A stretch of 64,000 bases of DNA from an uncultured Bacteroidales bacterium (GTDB lineage Bacteria; Bacillota_I; Bacilli_A; ML615J-28; CAG-698). This document shows, piece by piece, positions 40,848-51,382 of the stretch. The notes beneath the pieces were generated by a model. The model did not search any database. It saw only the letters and a program-made list of their open reading frames with translations, and was not told the DNA's origin. Both the position numbers and the translations under genes were made by a program. The stretch is taken from the NCBI GenBank assembly GCA_964516425.1, contig CAZFAM010000004.1, forward strand, positions 8,364 through 72,363. The letters are read 5' to 3'. Numbering within the stretch: position 1 is the stretch's first letter; the number at the start of each line of letters is the position of its first letter.

Positions 40848-43214
40848 ATGTTAAATGTTAAAAAGAGAGATGGAAACATTGTACCTTTTGATTTGAAAAA
40901 AATTGAAAATGCTATTGAGAAAGCATTTAATTCTGTTAATAATTCTTATACTCATGATGTCATTGAATTATTAGCATTACGTGTTACTGCAAGTTTTAAC
41001 ACAAAAATTGAAAACAATACAATATCTGTGGAAGATATTCAAGATAACGTAGAAATTGTATTAATCCAATCTGGTTATGTAGATGTTGCAAAATCATTTA
41101 TTTTATATCGTAAGCAACATGAAAATATCAGAAATGCAAAAGCTACATATCTTGATTATAAAGATACAGTTGATAATTATTTACAAATTAATGATTGGAG
41201 AGTAAAAGAAAACTCTACTGTTACATATTCAGTTGGAGGATTAATTCTTTCAAACTCTGGGGCAATTACAGCAAACTATTGGTTATCTGAAATTTATGAT
41301 AATGAAATAGCTCAAGCACATAAAAATGCGGATATCCACATTCATGACCTTTCAATGTTAACAGGCTATTGTGCTGGATGGTCTTTAAAACAATTAATAA
41401 AAGAAGGTCTAGGTGGAGTACCTGGAAAAATCACTTCTTCTCCTGCCTCACATCTTTCTACATTATGTAATCAAATGACTAATTTCTTAGGTATTATGCA
41501 AAATGAATGGGCTGGCGCTCAAGCATTTTCATCATTTGATACTTATTTAGCTCCATTTGTGAAAAAAGATAATTTAACATATAAAGAAGTTAAACAATGC
41601 ATTCAATCTTTTATTTATGGTGTCAATACTCCATCTAGATGGGGAACTCAAGCCCCTTTCACAAATATCACTTTAGACTGGACAGTTCCTAATGATATGG
41701 CTGAATTAAATGCTATTGTAGGTGGAGTTGAACAAAACTTTAAATATAAAGATTGTGTTCAAGAAATGGCTATGATTAATAAAGCATTTATTGAAATCAT
41801 GATTGAAGGAGATGCCAATGGTAGAGGATTCCAATACCCAATTCCTACATATTCAATCACAAAAGATTTTGATTGGAGTGATACAGAGAATAACCGTTTA
41901 CTATTTGAAATGACAGCTAAATATGGTACGCCATATTTCTCTAATTATATTAATAGTGATATGGAACCAAGTGATGTTAGAAGTATGTGCTGCCGTTTAC
42001 GTTTAGATTTACGTGAATTACGTAAAAAGTCTGGTGGCTTCTTTGGAAGTGGTGAATCAACTGGTTCTGTAGGTGTTGTTACAATTAACTTACCTAAAAT
42101 TGCTTTCCTTTCGCAAAATAAAGATGAATTTTATAATCGTTTAGAAAAAATGATGAATATTGCAGCTCGCAGTTTAAAAATTAAACGTAATGTTATTACT
42201 AAATTTTTAGATGCCGGATTATATCCTTATACTAAGAGATATTTAGGAACATTTAACAATCACTTCTCAACTATTGGTTTAGTTGGTATGAATGAAGCTT
42301 GTTTAAATGCTAAATGGTTGCAAAAAGATTTAACTAATAAAGAATCTCAAGAATTTGCGAAAGATGTTTTAAACTTTATGCGTAATAAATTATCTGATTA
42401 CCAAGAACAATATGGTGATTTATATAATTTAGAGGCTACACCAGCAGAATCAACATCATATCGTTTAGCAAAACATGATAAAAAGAATTATCCAAGTATT
42501 ATTACAGCAAGTGAAGATAACAAAACACCTTATTACACTAATAGTTCACATCTTCCTGTTGGTTATACTTCAGATATTTTTGCAGCTTTAGATATTCAAG
42601 ATGAATTACAAACATTATACACTTCAGGAACTGTATTCCATGCGTTCTTAGGTCAAAAACTACCTAGTTGGCAAGCTTGTGCAACTTTAGTTAAAAAAAT
42701 TGCGGAAAACTATCGTCTTCCATATTACACTATTTCACCAACTTACTCTGTATGTCCAAAGCATGGATATATCGCAGGTGAAGAATATACTTGTCCTACA
42801 TGTGGTGAAAAAACTGAAGTATATAGTCGTATAACTGGTTACTATCGTCCTGTACAAAATTGGAATGATGGTAAAGCTGAGGAATTTAAAAATCGTAAAG
42901 AATATGATATTGAACATTCAATTCTAAAGAAAAAACAAGAATTACATAATGATTGTGAAGAAAAATCACAAAATGAAGAATTAAAAGAAATATTATTATT
43001 CACTTCACCAACATGCCCTAATTGCAAAATGGCAAAAATGCTTTTAGATAAGGCCAATATTAATTATAAACAAATTGATGCTTATGAAAACAAAGATTTA
43101 GCTATTAAATTTAATGTTCAAAAAGCACCAACTATGTTTGTTCCTAATAATGATTCTTATGATGTATATAGTAATGTTAGTGATATTAAAAAATATATAG
43201 AGGGATTAAAGTAA
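40848..43214 (+). CDS. nrdD: Class III anaerobic ribonucleoside-triphosphate reductase with ATP cone and C-terminal glutaredoxin-like domain
   Basis: VKKRDG..VPFD ATP cone; HIHDL; SMCCRL; YSRITGYYRPV glycyl-radical motif; CPKH/CPTC; terminal FTSPTCPNCKMAK. Confidence 0.93.
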   Translation: MLNVKKRDGNIVPFDLKKIENAIEKAFNSVNNSYTHDVIELLALRVTASFNTKIENNTISVEDIQDNVEIVLIQSGYVDVAKSFILYRKQHENIRNAKATYLDYKDTVDNYLQINDWRVKENSTVTYSVGGLILSNSGAITANYWLSEIYDNEIAQAHKNADIHIHDLSMLTGYCAGWSLKQLIKEGLGGVPGKITSSPASHLSTLCNQMTNFLGIMQNEWAGAQAFSSFDTYLAPFVKKDNLTYKEVKQCIQSFIYGVNTPSRWGTQAPFTNITLDWTVPNDMAELNAIVGGVEQNFKYKDCVQEMAMINKAFIEIMIEGDANGRGFQYPIPTYSITKDFDWSDTENNRLLFEMTAKYGTPYFSNYINSDMEPSDVRSMCCRLRLDLRELRKKSGGFFGSGESTGSVGVVTINLPKIAFLSQNKDEFYNRLEKMMNIAARSLKIKRNVITKFLDAGLYPYTKRYLGTFNNHFSTIGLVGMNEACLNAKWLQKDLTNKESQEFAKDVLNFMRNKLSDYQEQYGDLYNLEATPAESTSYRLAKHDKKNYPSIITASEDNKTPYYTNSSHLPVGYTSDIFAALDIQDELQTLYTSGTVFHAFLGQKLPSWQACATLVKKIAENYRLPYYTISPTYSVCPKHGYIAGEEYTCPTCGEKTEVYSRITGYYRPVQNWNDGKAEEFKNRKEYDIEHSILKKKQELHNDCEEKSQNEELKEILLFTSPTCPNCKMAKMLLDKANINYKQIDAYENKDLAIKFNVQKAPTMFVPNNDSYDVYSNVSDIKKYIEGLK

Positions 43215-44122
43215 TGTACGATATAATTATTATCGGTGGAGGAGCAGCAGGGATGACTGCTGCTCTTTATTCACTTAGAAGTGGAAAAACTGTTTTATTA
43301 TTAGAAAAGGAAAATGTGGGAGGACAAATATCTCAGTCACCTCGTGTTGAAAATTTTCCTTCCATTAAAGAAATTGCGGGAAGTGAATTTTCAGATAACC
43401 TTTTTGAACAAATTATTGATTTAGGTGCTCAATTTGAATTGGAAAATGTTTTAAATGTTACTAAGAAACAAAATATATTTACTGTTAAGACTGACTATAA
43501 TAGTTATGAAGCTAAAGCCATCATTTTAGCAACAGGTGTAAAGCATCGTCATATTGGGGTTGATGGTGAAGAGGATTTAATTGGCAAAGGTTTATCATAT
43601 TGTGCAGTTTGTGATGGAGCATTTTATTCTGGAGAAGATGTTGCATTAATTGGTGATGCTAATACAGCTCTACAATATGCTCTTCTACTTTCAAATTATT
43701 GTAAAAAAGTATATTTATGTACTTTATTTGATAAATTTTTTGGAGATGACACTTTAATTAAAAGTGTACTAAAAAGAACCAATATTGAAATCATTCATAA
43801 CATTTCATTAAAAGAATTTAAAAAAACTGATAGATTAGAAGGTTTAGTTTTTGAAAATACCATTGATAAAAACACAATCGAACTAGATGTAAAAGGATGT
43901 TTTATTGCTATTGGACAAATTCCTGAAAATGAAGCATTTCAAAATATTGTGGATATTGATAATAATGGTTACTTTATTGCGGATGAAAATTTAGCAACAA
44001 AAACGGAAGGCGTATTTGTAGCTGGAGATTGTCGAGCAAAAAAAATAAGACAACTGACAACAGCTGTAGCCGATGGTGCTATAGCAAGTGTTGGTGCAGT
44101 TGCCTATATTGATAAACTTTAA
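43214..44122 (+). CDS. trxB: Thioredoxin reductase
   Basis: IIGGGAAG, ATG, CAVCDG, FVAGD; TAATG overlap with nrdD. Confidence 0.9.
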   Translation: MYDIIIIGGGAAGMTAALYSLRSGKTVLLLEKENVGGQISQSPRVENFPSIKEIAGSEFSDNLFEQIIDLGAQFELENVLNVTKKQNIFTVKTDYNSYEAKAIILATGVKHRHIGVDGEEDLIGKGLSYCAVCDGAFYSGEDVALIGDANTALQYALLLSNYCKKVYLCTLFDKFFGDDTLIKSVLKRTNIEIIHNISLKEFKKTDRLEGLVFENTIDKNTIELDVKGCFIAIGQIPENEAFQNIVDIDNNGYFIADENLATKTEGVFVAGDCRAKKIRQLTTAVADGAIASVGAVAYIDKL

Positions 44123-44820
44123 TATCCTCTTAATTTTACATTAGTAATATATTTTTCAAGAAGGCACTTATATTCAAGTGCTTTTTTTTCATTCACTTCA
44201 TGTAGATTATTTTTAATACACGTTCCTTTGTCCACAAATTTTTGTAAATACAATGTTTTGGCTCCTTGTAATAATATTCCTAAATTGTGAATACTTTCTT
44301 CATTATGAAATTCTTTAACTAGTGTAGTTCGAAATTCATAGTCAATATGATTTTCTTTTAAATAATTAATTGTTTCTTCTACTTTTTTTACTAAATTATA
44401 ATTACTAATACCACTTGTTTCAAGATAACAATCTAAACTATTTTTAACATCCATAGCCACATAATCAATTAATTTTTCATTAACTAATGTTTGAATTACT
44501 GTTAAATTAGTGCCATTAGTATCTAACTTTATTAAATATCCCAATTGTTTAATTTCTTTAATACGCTCAATTAATGTAGGCAGTAGTGTAGGTTCTCCAC
44601 CAGTAATAACAACGGCATCCAAAATGCCTTGTCTTTTTTTAAAATATTCTAAATATTCATCTTTATTTAGTGTTTGAAAAGAATCATAATTTAATACTAA
44701 AGATGCATTATGACAAAATGGACAACGAAAATTACATTTACCTGTAAATAATGTTGCACTTACTTTCCCATCAAAATCAACTAATGATACTTTTTCTATT
44801 CCATAAAACTCAGTTTTCAT
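44119..44820 (-). CDS. nrdG: Anaerobic RNR activating radical SAM enzyme
   Basis: SLVDFDG, CNFRCPFCHN, VITGGEPTL, KLDTNG, EFRTT. Confidence 0.9.
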   Translation of the reverse strand: MKTEFYGIEKVSLVDFDGKVSATLFTGKCNFRCPFCHNASLVLNYDSFQTLNKDEYLEYFKKRQGILDAVVITGGEPTLLPTLIERIKEIKQLGYLIKLDTNGTNLTVIQTLVNEKLIDYVAMDVKNSLDCYLETSGISNYNLVKKVEETINYLKENHIDYEFRTTLVKEFHNEESIHNLGILLQGAKTLYLQKFVDKGTCIKNNLHEVNEKKALEYKCLLEKYITNVKLRGY

Positions 44821-44822
44821 TC

Positions 44823-47800
44823 CTATAACTTCCTATATTTCTTATCAAATATTGAATATAAATAAAGATTAATTGGCTTATCACTTTTACTTCTAATATA
44901 TTCTTTATAACCAGTTAACTGTTTATCATATGCTTCATCATCAATATGTTTTAATTTATAATCAATAATATCAATATGATTATCATATTCAATTAACAAA
45001 TCAATGCTACCATTTTTTTGATTTATTTGATCATAAAAAGCATACTCTTTATATATAGTTCCTTTTGTTTTATTTTTTAGTAAATCACTATTTAAAAAAT
45101 CAATTATATAATGATGATATTTAGATTCAAGATTAATGATATTAAAATCAGGTTTAATAAAATCGATTCTTTCTAATGCATTATGTAATTTAGTACCTAA
45201 CTCTAAAACTTTTGTTACATCATTAGATATTAATTCATTAATTTTTTTAGAAAATGAACTCTTTTTAATTTCCTCTTTTTTAATATTTAATTCTTGGATT
45301 GCGATATTTTGATTATTTTCCTTAATTGAAGCAATATTAGCTTGGGTTATTTCTCCATTTAAACTAACATAATGGTTTAATTGTTCTTCTGTTATTGGAT
45401 AGTTCTTTAAACCATCTAAATATGTTTCCACAAAATATTTAAATGATGATGGCGTCAAAGATGGTTTTAGTGTTTCATCTTTAGACACAAATATAATTTG
45501 TTCGCGCGCTCTAGTTAAAGCTACATAAAATACTCGAACCTCTTCACTTATTGTTTCTTGAATAGCTTTGTAATTAAGAATTTTTTTCATTATCGTATCA
45601 TGCTTGCCATTATCTACACTTGGAATAATAATACCATACTTATTATCAAATAAAAAATCTGTTTTAATATCTTCTAAATTGAAACGATTGTTTAAACCAG
45701 GAAAATAGCAAATACCAAACTCCAATCCTTTAGATGTGTGAATAGTCATAATTTTAACAGCATCATCAAACGATGTTAAATTATTTTTAAATTTAATAGA
45801 TAATGAGCTATCCATTACATCATCTAAATAATCCACAAATTGCTTTAAATCATAGCCAATATTAGATAACGTTTCTCCAAGTTTTGCGAAGAACTCTAAA
45901 TGTACTAATATTTTTTGGGTTTCGGTAATTAATCCCGACTTATCAACGATGGCAAATTTATCATTAATACGGTATATAATTTCTTTTATTGATATACTAT
46001 TAATATCTTTTCTTAAATCTTTAATCTTACTATATAATTCTGTATCATAATAACTATTATTACAATATATTTTATAAATTTCATCATCTGAAAACATATA
46101 TAAATATGAACGTAAAATACTAATAAATTCATACTTTTCATTAATTGTGAAGTTTTCAATATTTGGTGTAATTAATAATTTTAAAATATTAATTATTATT
46201 TTTATATCATAATCATCATTTAAAGTTTCATCTTTAAACACCGTTAAAGGAATTTTAAAAATATTAAAAATGCGTTTATATAACTGAAAGTTATTACTTC
46301 TATCAATCAAGATTACAAAGTCACTATATCGTACATCTCGTGCTTCTTTACTATCTTTATCCATTATTTGAAAATGATTATCAACTTTATTTTTAATATC
46401 TTCCGCAATTAAATATGCTTCTATTTCCGCATCTAATAAACTTTGATTATCATTTTGATATGATAAAACATATGCCGTATGATTATAATTAGCATTTACA
46501 TTATTATAATCAATATTTCCAGCTTTCATTATATGGTCTTCAATATATGAAGCATCACCGACTTCTTTAGTCATGCATTTCATAAAAATATTATTTATAT
46601 CAGTAACGACCTCTTTGCGAGAACGGAAATTGTTTGTTAAATCAATTTTTATTCCTCCATTATGAACTTTATAATTATCATACTTTTCACGGAATAAATA
46701 AGGATTAGCTTTACGAAAACGATATATTGATTGTTTAATGTCACCAACCATATAAACATTATTATTCGCAATCAAATTAACAAAATATTCTTGTATATCT
46801 GATGTATCTTGATATTCATCAATCATGATCTCTTTAAATGAGTTTTGCAATTCCAATTTTATATCTTCATGCTCTTCCACAATTTTAATTGCCATTTTTG
46901 CAATATCATTAAATGTATAAGTATTAGTTTTATATTTAAATTCTAATACTTTTTGATCTAATTCATTAATAATACGAATAATTGTATTAATATTGTCTAT
47001 TGTGCTTGCAACTTGATTAATTTTTGTTTCTTTTGACTCACTACCAATATATTCTTTAATTTTTTTAATTTCATTTGTAATTGCTTCTTTAAATAATTTA
47101 GTATCTTCATCTGTATTATTTTTTAATCTTGGCAAATTTAAGTCTTTGCCAAAATTATGAATATCTTCCTTTTTGGTAATGAAGGTTGTTAAATAATTTT
47201 GAAAATCTGATAAATCTATATCATAGTTTTGTAAAGAATATTGGTATAGCTTTTGAATTTTTTGAATACTTATATTTTCAAATTCTTCATAATATTTTGT
47301 AATACTTGATGAATTTATAAAAGCATGGTTTGCAAAATACTTATCTTTATCAACTAATAAATCAAGTTTTTTATAAATATTTAAAAGCCCTTCTTTAATT
47401 ACTTTATCATCTTTAATACAATAATCAGTAATTAAACGTGCAAAATCTTGATTATTTTCCGAATATAAATTATCCATAATTTCATCTAATAATTTTGATA
47501 TTTGTAATGTATTTACATTATCATCCATTATTGAAACATTAGAATCAATATTTAAAATATAATGATATTTTTTAACTATGGATAAGCTAAAGCTATCAAA
47601 TGTGCAAATATAAGCATTTGTAAGTAAATCTATTTGATTATTCATCCCTGCTGCAAGAATTTTTTTCCTAATTCTTTCTTTCATTTCTTGACTTGCCGCA
47701 TTTGTAAATGTCAAAATCAATAGCTGGTTAACATTTATTCCTTGCTTTATTTTTTCAATTACACGTTCACTTAAAACAGCTGTCTTACCACTTCCAGCCC

Positions 47801-47864
47801 CCGCACTAACAATTATATTACTACCACTTTTATATATTGCTTGTTCTTGTTCTTGAGTCCACAT
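44823..47864 (-). CDS. addA: AddA helicase/nuclease (UvrD-like plus C-terminal PD-(D/E)XK nuclease)
   Basis: AGAGSGKT, IDEYQD, VGDIKQSIYRFR, TIHTSKGLEF, YVALTRA, GSIDLL..IIDYK..Q..GY. Confidence 0.9.
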   Translation of the reverse strand: MWTQEQEQAIYKSGSNIIVSAGAGSGKTAVLSERVIEKIKQGINVNQLLILTFTNAASQEMKERIRKKILAAGMNNQIDLLTNAYICTFDSFSLSIVKKYHYILNIDSNVSIMDDNVNTLQISKLLDEIMDNLYSENNQDFARLITDYCIKDDKVIKEGLLNIYKKLDLLVDKDKYFANHAFINSSSITKYYEEFENISIQKIQKLYQYSLQNYDIDLSDFQNYLTTFITKKEDIHNFGKDLNLPRLKNNTDEDTKLFKEAITNEIKKIKEYIGSESKETKINQVASTIDNINTIIRIINELDQKVLEFKYKTNTYTFNDIAKMAIKIVEEHEDIKLELQNSFKEIMIDEYQDTSDIQEYFVNLIANNNVYMVGDIKQSIYRFRKANPYLFREKYDNYKVHNGGIKIDLTNNFRSRKEVVTDINNIFMKCMTKEVGDASYIEDHIMKAGNIDYNNVNANYNHTAYVLSYQNDNQSLLDAEIEAYLIAEDIKNKVDNHFQIMDKDSKEARDVRYSDFVILIDRSNNFQLYKRIFNIFKIPLTVFKDETLNDDYDIKIIINILKLLITPNIENFTINEKYEFISILRSYLYMFSDDEIYKIYCNNSYYDTELYSKIKDLRKDINSISIKEIIYRINDKFAIVDKSGLITETQKILVHLEFFAKLGETLSNIGYDLKQFVDYLDDVMDSSLSIKFKNNLTSFDDAVKIMTIHTSKGLEFGICYFPGLNNRFNLEDIKTDFLFDNKYGIIIPSVDNGKHDTIMKKILNYKAIQETISEEVRVFYVALTRAREQIIFVSKDETLKPSLTPSSFKYFVETYLDGLKNYPITEEQLNHYVSLNGEITQANIASIKENNQNIAIQELNIKKEEIKKSSFSKKINELISNDVTKVLELGTKLHNALERIDFIKPDFNIINLESKYHHYIIDFLNSDLLKNKTKGTIYKEYAFYDQINQKNGSIDLLIEYDNHIDIIDYKLKHIDDEAYDKQLTGYKEYIRSKSDKPINLYLYSIFDKKYRKL

Positions 47865-47865
47865 T

Positions 47866-50223
47866 TTATTTGTACTCCTTTAAAAATGTTAAATCAGATG
47901 GTTTACTTAATTTTTTTAAATCTTTTGGTTGCATAAAACACAAGTCTTTATATTTACAAAAACGACAAGAAATGTTTTTATAATCAATTTGTTTAGGATT
48001 TATTGGGAAATCACCATTAATAATTTTATTTCCTGCTTCAATTATTTTCTTTTCCACTAAATGCTCTAAACACTCAATTTGTTCTTCCGTTAATACTTTA
48101 CTTCGAGAATCAAAAGTACCATCTTTTTTACGCTTTAATCCTTGAATTAATAAACTATTATCTTCTGTATTATCAAAATGAATACAATCTTCATTTATAT
48201 CTAATGTATAACCTTGAAGCTTTAAATATGCTTTTTTCTTTTCTAAATAATCTTCACTATCTTCGGCTTTAATTTCATTTTGTAAAATAGTTTGATAATA
48301 GAAACCAGTAACATACACATTTTTTAATTTTGAACGTTTTGATAAATAAATATAAATAGGTAATTGTAAATTCAAACCATATTTACAATTATTAATAGCC
48401 GTATCAATACTACCTGTTTTATAATCCACAATAGCAACATAAGTTTTATCACCTTGTTCATGATAAAACATTTTATCGATAATACCTGTAAATATAATTT
48501 TCACATTATCATTAATCTCTATATTTACCTCATGTTCATATGCCTGTGATTCATAATTAATATATTGAAGTTGCTCATTGATAGCGTTAATTATAAATTG
48601 TAATTCATTTTTTAGACGATTTAATAAAAATATTTCTTTATTATTTATAGTTACAAAATATTCATTTTGAGCTTTGGTAAATGATTTATCAAAATCAAAT
48701 CCTTCAATAAAAGCTTCTTCCAATACTTGATGAAAAACAGAACCAATTTTGGTGGCAAATTTATCTTCATAAATATTTAATTTTAATACTTTCTCAACAT
48801 AATAACTAAATGCACATTCATTATATTTATTTAAACTAGTATATGATAATTGTACTTGATTATGCATTTTCTCCTTTAACATTTCTTTATTTATTCCTTT
48901 AAAAGAATTATCGTAACTATCATATTCTTTTGTACTATATAATCCTAATAAAATAGATAATGTTTCATTATAACTACCATACTTCTTATAATCATCCAAT
49001 TTGTTATTTAACAAGTATTTATTATATTTATTTGAATAATTACTAATACTTTCTTTTTCTATAATCTTAGTCATATTATATTCATTAATTATCGTAGATG
49101 GTTGTAATATAGAAAAAGTGGAAGCAAGAGAATATGACATATATAAATGATTAATTGTGGATAATTTACTAATCACTTCTTCTTTTTCACTTTTATTTAT
49201 TTCAATTGTCGTACTTAAGCCAATTTGAGCCTTTAAATCATCTGACAAATAATCTTCATCACTTATAATTTTAGGAATATTACCTTGATTTAATCCCATT
49301 ACATATATATAATCATTATCACTAATAACTAAATTATTAAAGTTTTCTACTCTAACACTATTTTGATATTCTTTGTTAATGTATGTATGCTTTAAATCAT
49401 TTACAAGCAAATCATAAATATCTGAGAAATCTTTTCTAAATGTATATTGATTTAATATATTAATTAATTTTAGAGAAATTTCTTTATCATAATTATTTTG
49501 TAAAAATGTATCAACTGTATTATCTTTAACAGCATTTAAAAATTGTTTACCAATATTCGTATCATATAAAGAAGTAGTATTAGGAATAGTAATTGGTAAA
49601 TGATACATATCACTAAATACTTGTAATAAAAAATGATAATCATTTGTTATTCCAGTAATTTTAATATGATTTATATCTACGCCTTCGTTTATTTTTAAAA
49701 TTATATCATTTATCACACCATTTATTTCTTGTTCAATTGTTTTATATTCGTGAACTGGCATATCTTTTTTTATTACTAATTCTTGTCTTATAATATCTAC
49801 ATGATTTAATTGTTCTATACATTTTTGATATTTTTTTTCTATAACAGGATATCCCATAACAACAATATCAAATGTATTATAATAATTAATATTGTTATCC
49901 GCATTAATAAAATGATTATTAATTAAATCTTGTTTAATATTAGATAAAAAAGAAATTTTATCACAATCACTAACAACAAACATTGTATCTTGAAGAGCTT
50001 TTAAGTATTTTGTGGCAACATCAACACTTATATTATAACGTTTTGTCACATAATAAAGCATTTCTTTAGTAATTGAAAATGTCAATGAATCAAAAAACTG
50101 TTCTAGTGACATTAGTTTTATTTGATATAATTTTTTTTCATTATCAATACATTTCAATATTTCTTTTTGCATATAAAAGGGTGTAATAACTAATTTATTA
50201 TTTAAATAATTTAAATCATACAT
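47866..50223 (-). CDS. addB: AddB-like PD-(D/E)XK nuclease subunit with Fe-S staple
   Basis: SYTSL..Y.ECAF.YY, GIIDK, VDYKTG, LQLPIY, CRFCKYKDLC. Confidence 0.85.
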   Translation of the reverse strand: MYDLNYLNNKLVITPFYMQKEILKCIDNEKKLYQIKLMSLEQFFDSLTFSITKEMLYYVTKRYNISVDVATKYLKALQDTMFVVSDCDKISFLSNIKQDLINNHFINADNNINYYNTFDIVVMGYPVIEKKYQKCIEQLNHVDIIRQELVIKKDMPVHEYKTIEQEINGVINDIILKINEGVDINHIKITGITNDYHFLLQVFSDMYHLPITIPNTTSLYDTNIGKQFLNAVKDNTVDTFLQNNYDKEISLKLINILNQYTFRKDFSDIYDLLVNDLKHTYINKEYQNSVRVENFNNLVISDNDYIYVMGLNQGNIPKIISDEDYLSDDLKAQIGLSTTIEINKSEKEEVISKLSTINHLYMSYSLASTFSILQPSTIINEYNMTKIIEKESISNYSNKYNKYLLNNKLDDYKKYGSYNETLSILLGLYSTKEYDSYDNSFKGINKEMLKEKMHNQVQLSYTSLNKYNECAFSYYVEKVLKLNIYEDKFATKIGSVFHQVLEEAFIEGFDFDKSFTKAQNEYFVTINNKEIFLLNRLKNELQFIINAINEQLQYINYESQAYEHEVNIEINDNVKIIFTGIIDKMFYHEQGDKTYVAIVDYKTGSIDTAINNCKYGLNLQLPIYIYLSKRSKLKNVYVTGFYYQTILQNEIKAEDSEDYLEKKKAYLKLQGYTLDINEDCIHFDNTEDNSLLIQGLKRKKDGTFDSRSKVLTEEQIECLEHLVEKKIIEAGNKIINGDFPINPKQIDYKNISCRFCKYKDLCFMQPKDLKKLSKPSDLTFLKEYK

Positions 50224-50300
50224 TTTATCTACCTCAAACTATAAATATTATACATTATTATAAAAATAAAAGCAAAATAAAAAACTCTTTTTAGAGTTTT

Positions 50301-50936
50301 TTATATACTATTTTGTAATTGTTTTAAAAGACGATTAAAAAATTTAATTTGAAATAATATTTTATCTTGCCACATATCATTGGCGGTTTTTGTTAAAAAG
50401 TTCATTAACTTAGCCTTTTTTAAATTTTTTATTGTTTTAACAACATAAATAATTTGTTCATCTAATGACAATCTATCAAAATGAATATGCTCCATATTAT
50501 CGTAAATACGATAAGTATCAAATCTATCTATATGATCACTTGCAACAATTGTATAAGAAAAAGGATTAATTGTCCCTTCAAAATCAGCTTTTTCATCTAC
50601 ATGAATAGCAATACCATAACACATATTTTCAATTAATTCTTTAGAATATCCTAATTCTTGTAAAAATGGGCGAACCATTTTTGCACTATTTCTTCCATGA
50701 TTAACAATATCTTCTTTAGTATTAAAATCAAGTGCATAACTAATATCGTGCAATAAACATGCTACCGCAATAGCTTCTTCATTTAAACCTTCTTTTTTTG
50801 CAATTACACGTCCAATATTTGCGCAACGAATGGAATGATTAATGCGATATTCCATTGACCAAGGTTTACGTTTAAAATATTCGCTTTCAAAATATTTTTC
50901 TTTTAAAAACTCTAAAGCTTTTTCGTAGTTTCCCAT
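50301..50936 (-). CDS. HD domain phosphohydrolase
   Basis: HSIRCA, LLHDIS, AIH, SDHIDRF. Confidence 0.85.
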   Translation of the reverse strand: MGNYEKALEFLKEKYFESEYFKRKPWSMEYRINHSIRCANIGRVIAKKEGLNEEAIAVACLLHDISYALDFNTKEDIVNHGRNSAKMVRPFLQELGYSKELIENMCYGIAIHVDEKADFEGTINPFSYTIVASDHIDRFDTYRIYDNMEHIHFDRLSLDEQIIYVVKTIKNLKKAKLMNFLTKTANDMWQDKILFQIKFFNRLLKQLQNSI

Positions 50937-51343
50937 ACTTGTTCTCCCTTTTCCTTTTTTTGTCTTTCATTGACAATTTTATTTTATCATATAATTATTT
51001 TAATGACAAGTTTTTTATTATTCGATATTTTGGAAGAATCCCAAAATTTGCTTCAGAATTGATTTTTACTTTTCAACTTTCAAGTTTACGTTTGAATTTT
51101 GAAAATATATTCTTATGGAAATAAACAGGTAAATTTTAAATAAATATGATTAACATTTTTTCGATTTTAATTTTTATATTATTATTCCTTATATTTATAT
51201 TTCTGATTCAAAATCTTTATATGACAAAGTAATATAAAAATTTAAATTTCATTTAATAATATAAGTTTTAAAAGTATAAACTAATATTAATTTTAATTTT
51301 TAAAAAACATTATTAATATTATTTTTTTATAAGGGGGTAAAAA

Positions 51344-51373
51344 AATAATCAATTCGTAATAGAATTGATTATT
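51344..51373 (-). terminator. Terminator after the DUF3737 gene
   Basis: AATAATCAATTC/GAATTGATTATT 12-bp stem. Confidence 0.7.
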
Positions 51374-51382
51374 CGTTTTAAT

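Noticed and set aside
50939-51124. Track ORF of 61 aa on plus strand
   Set aside because: No RBS, overlaps the HD gene promoter region, low-complexity composition
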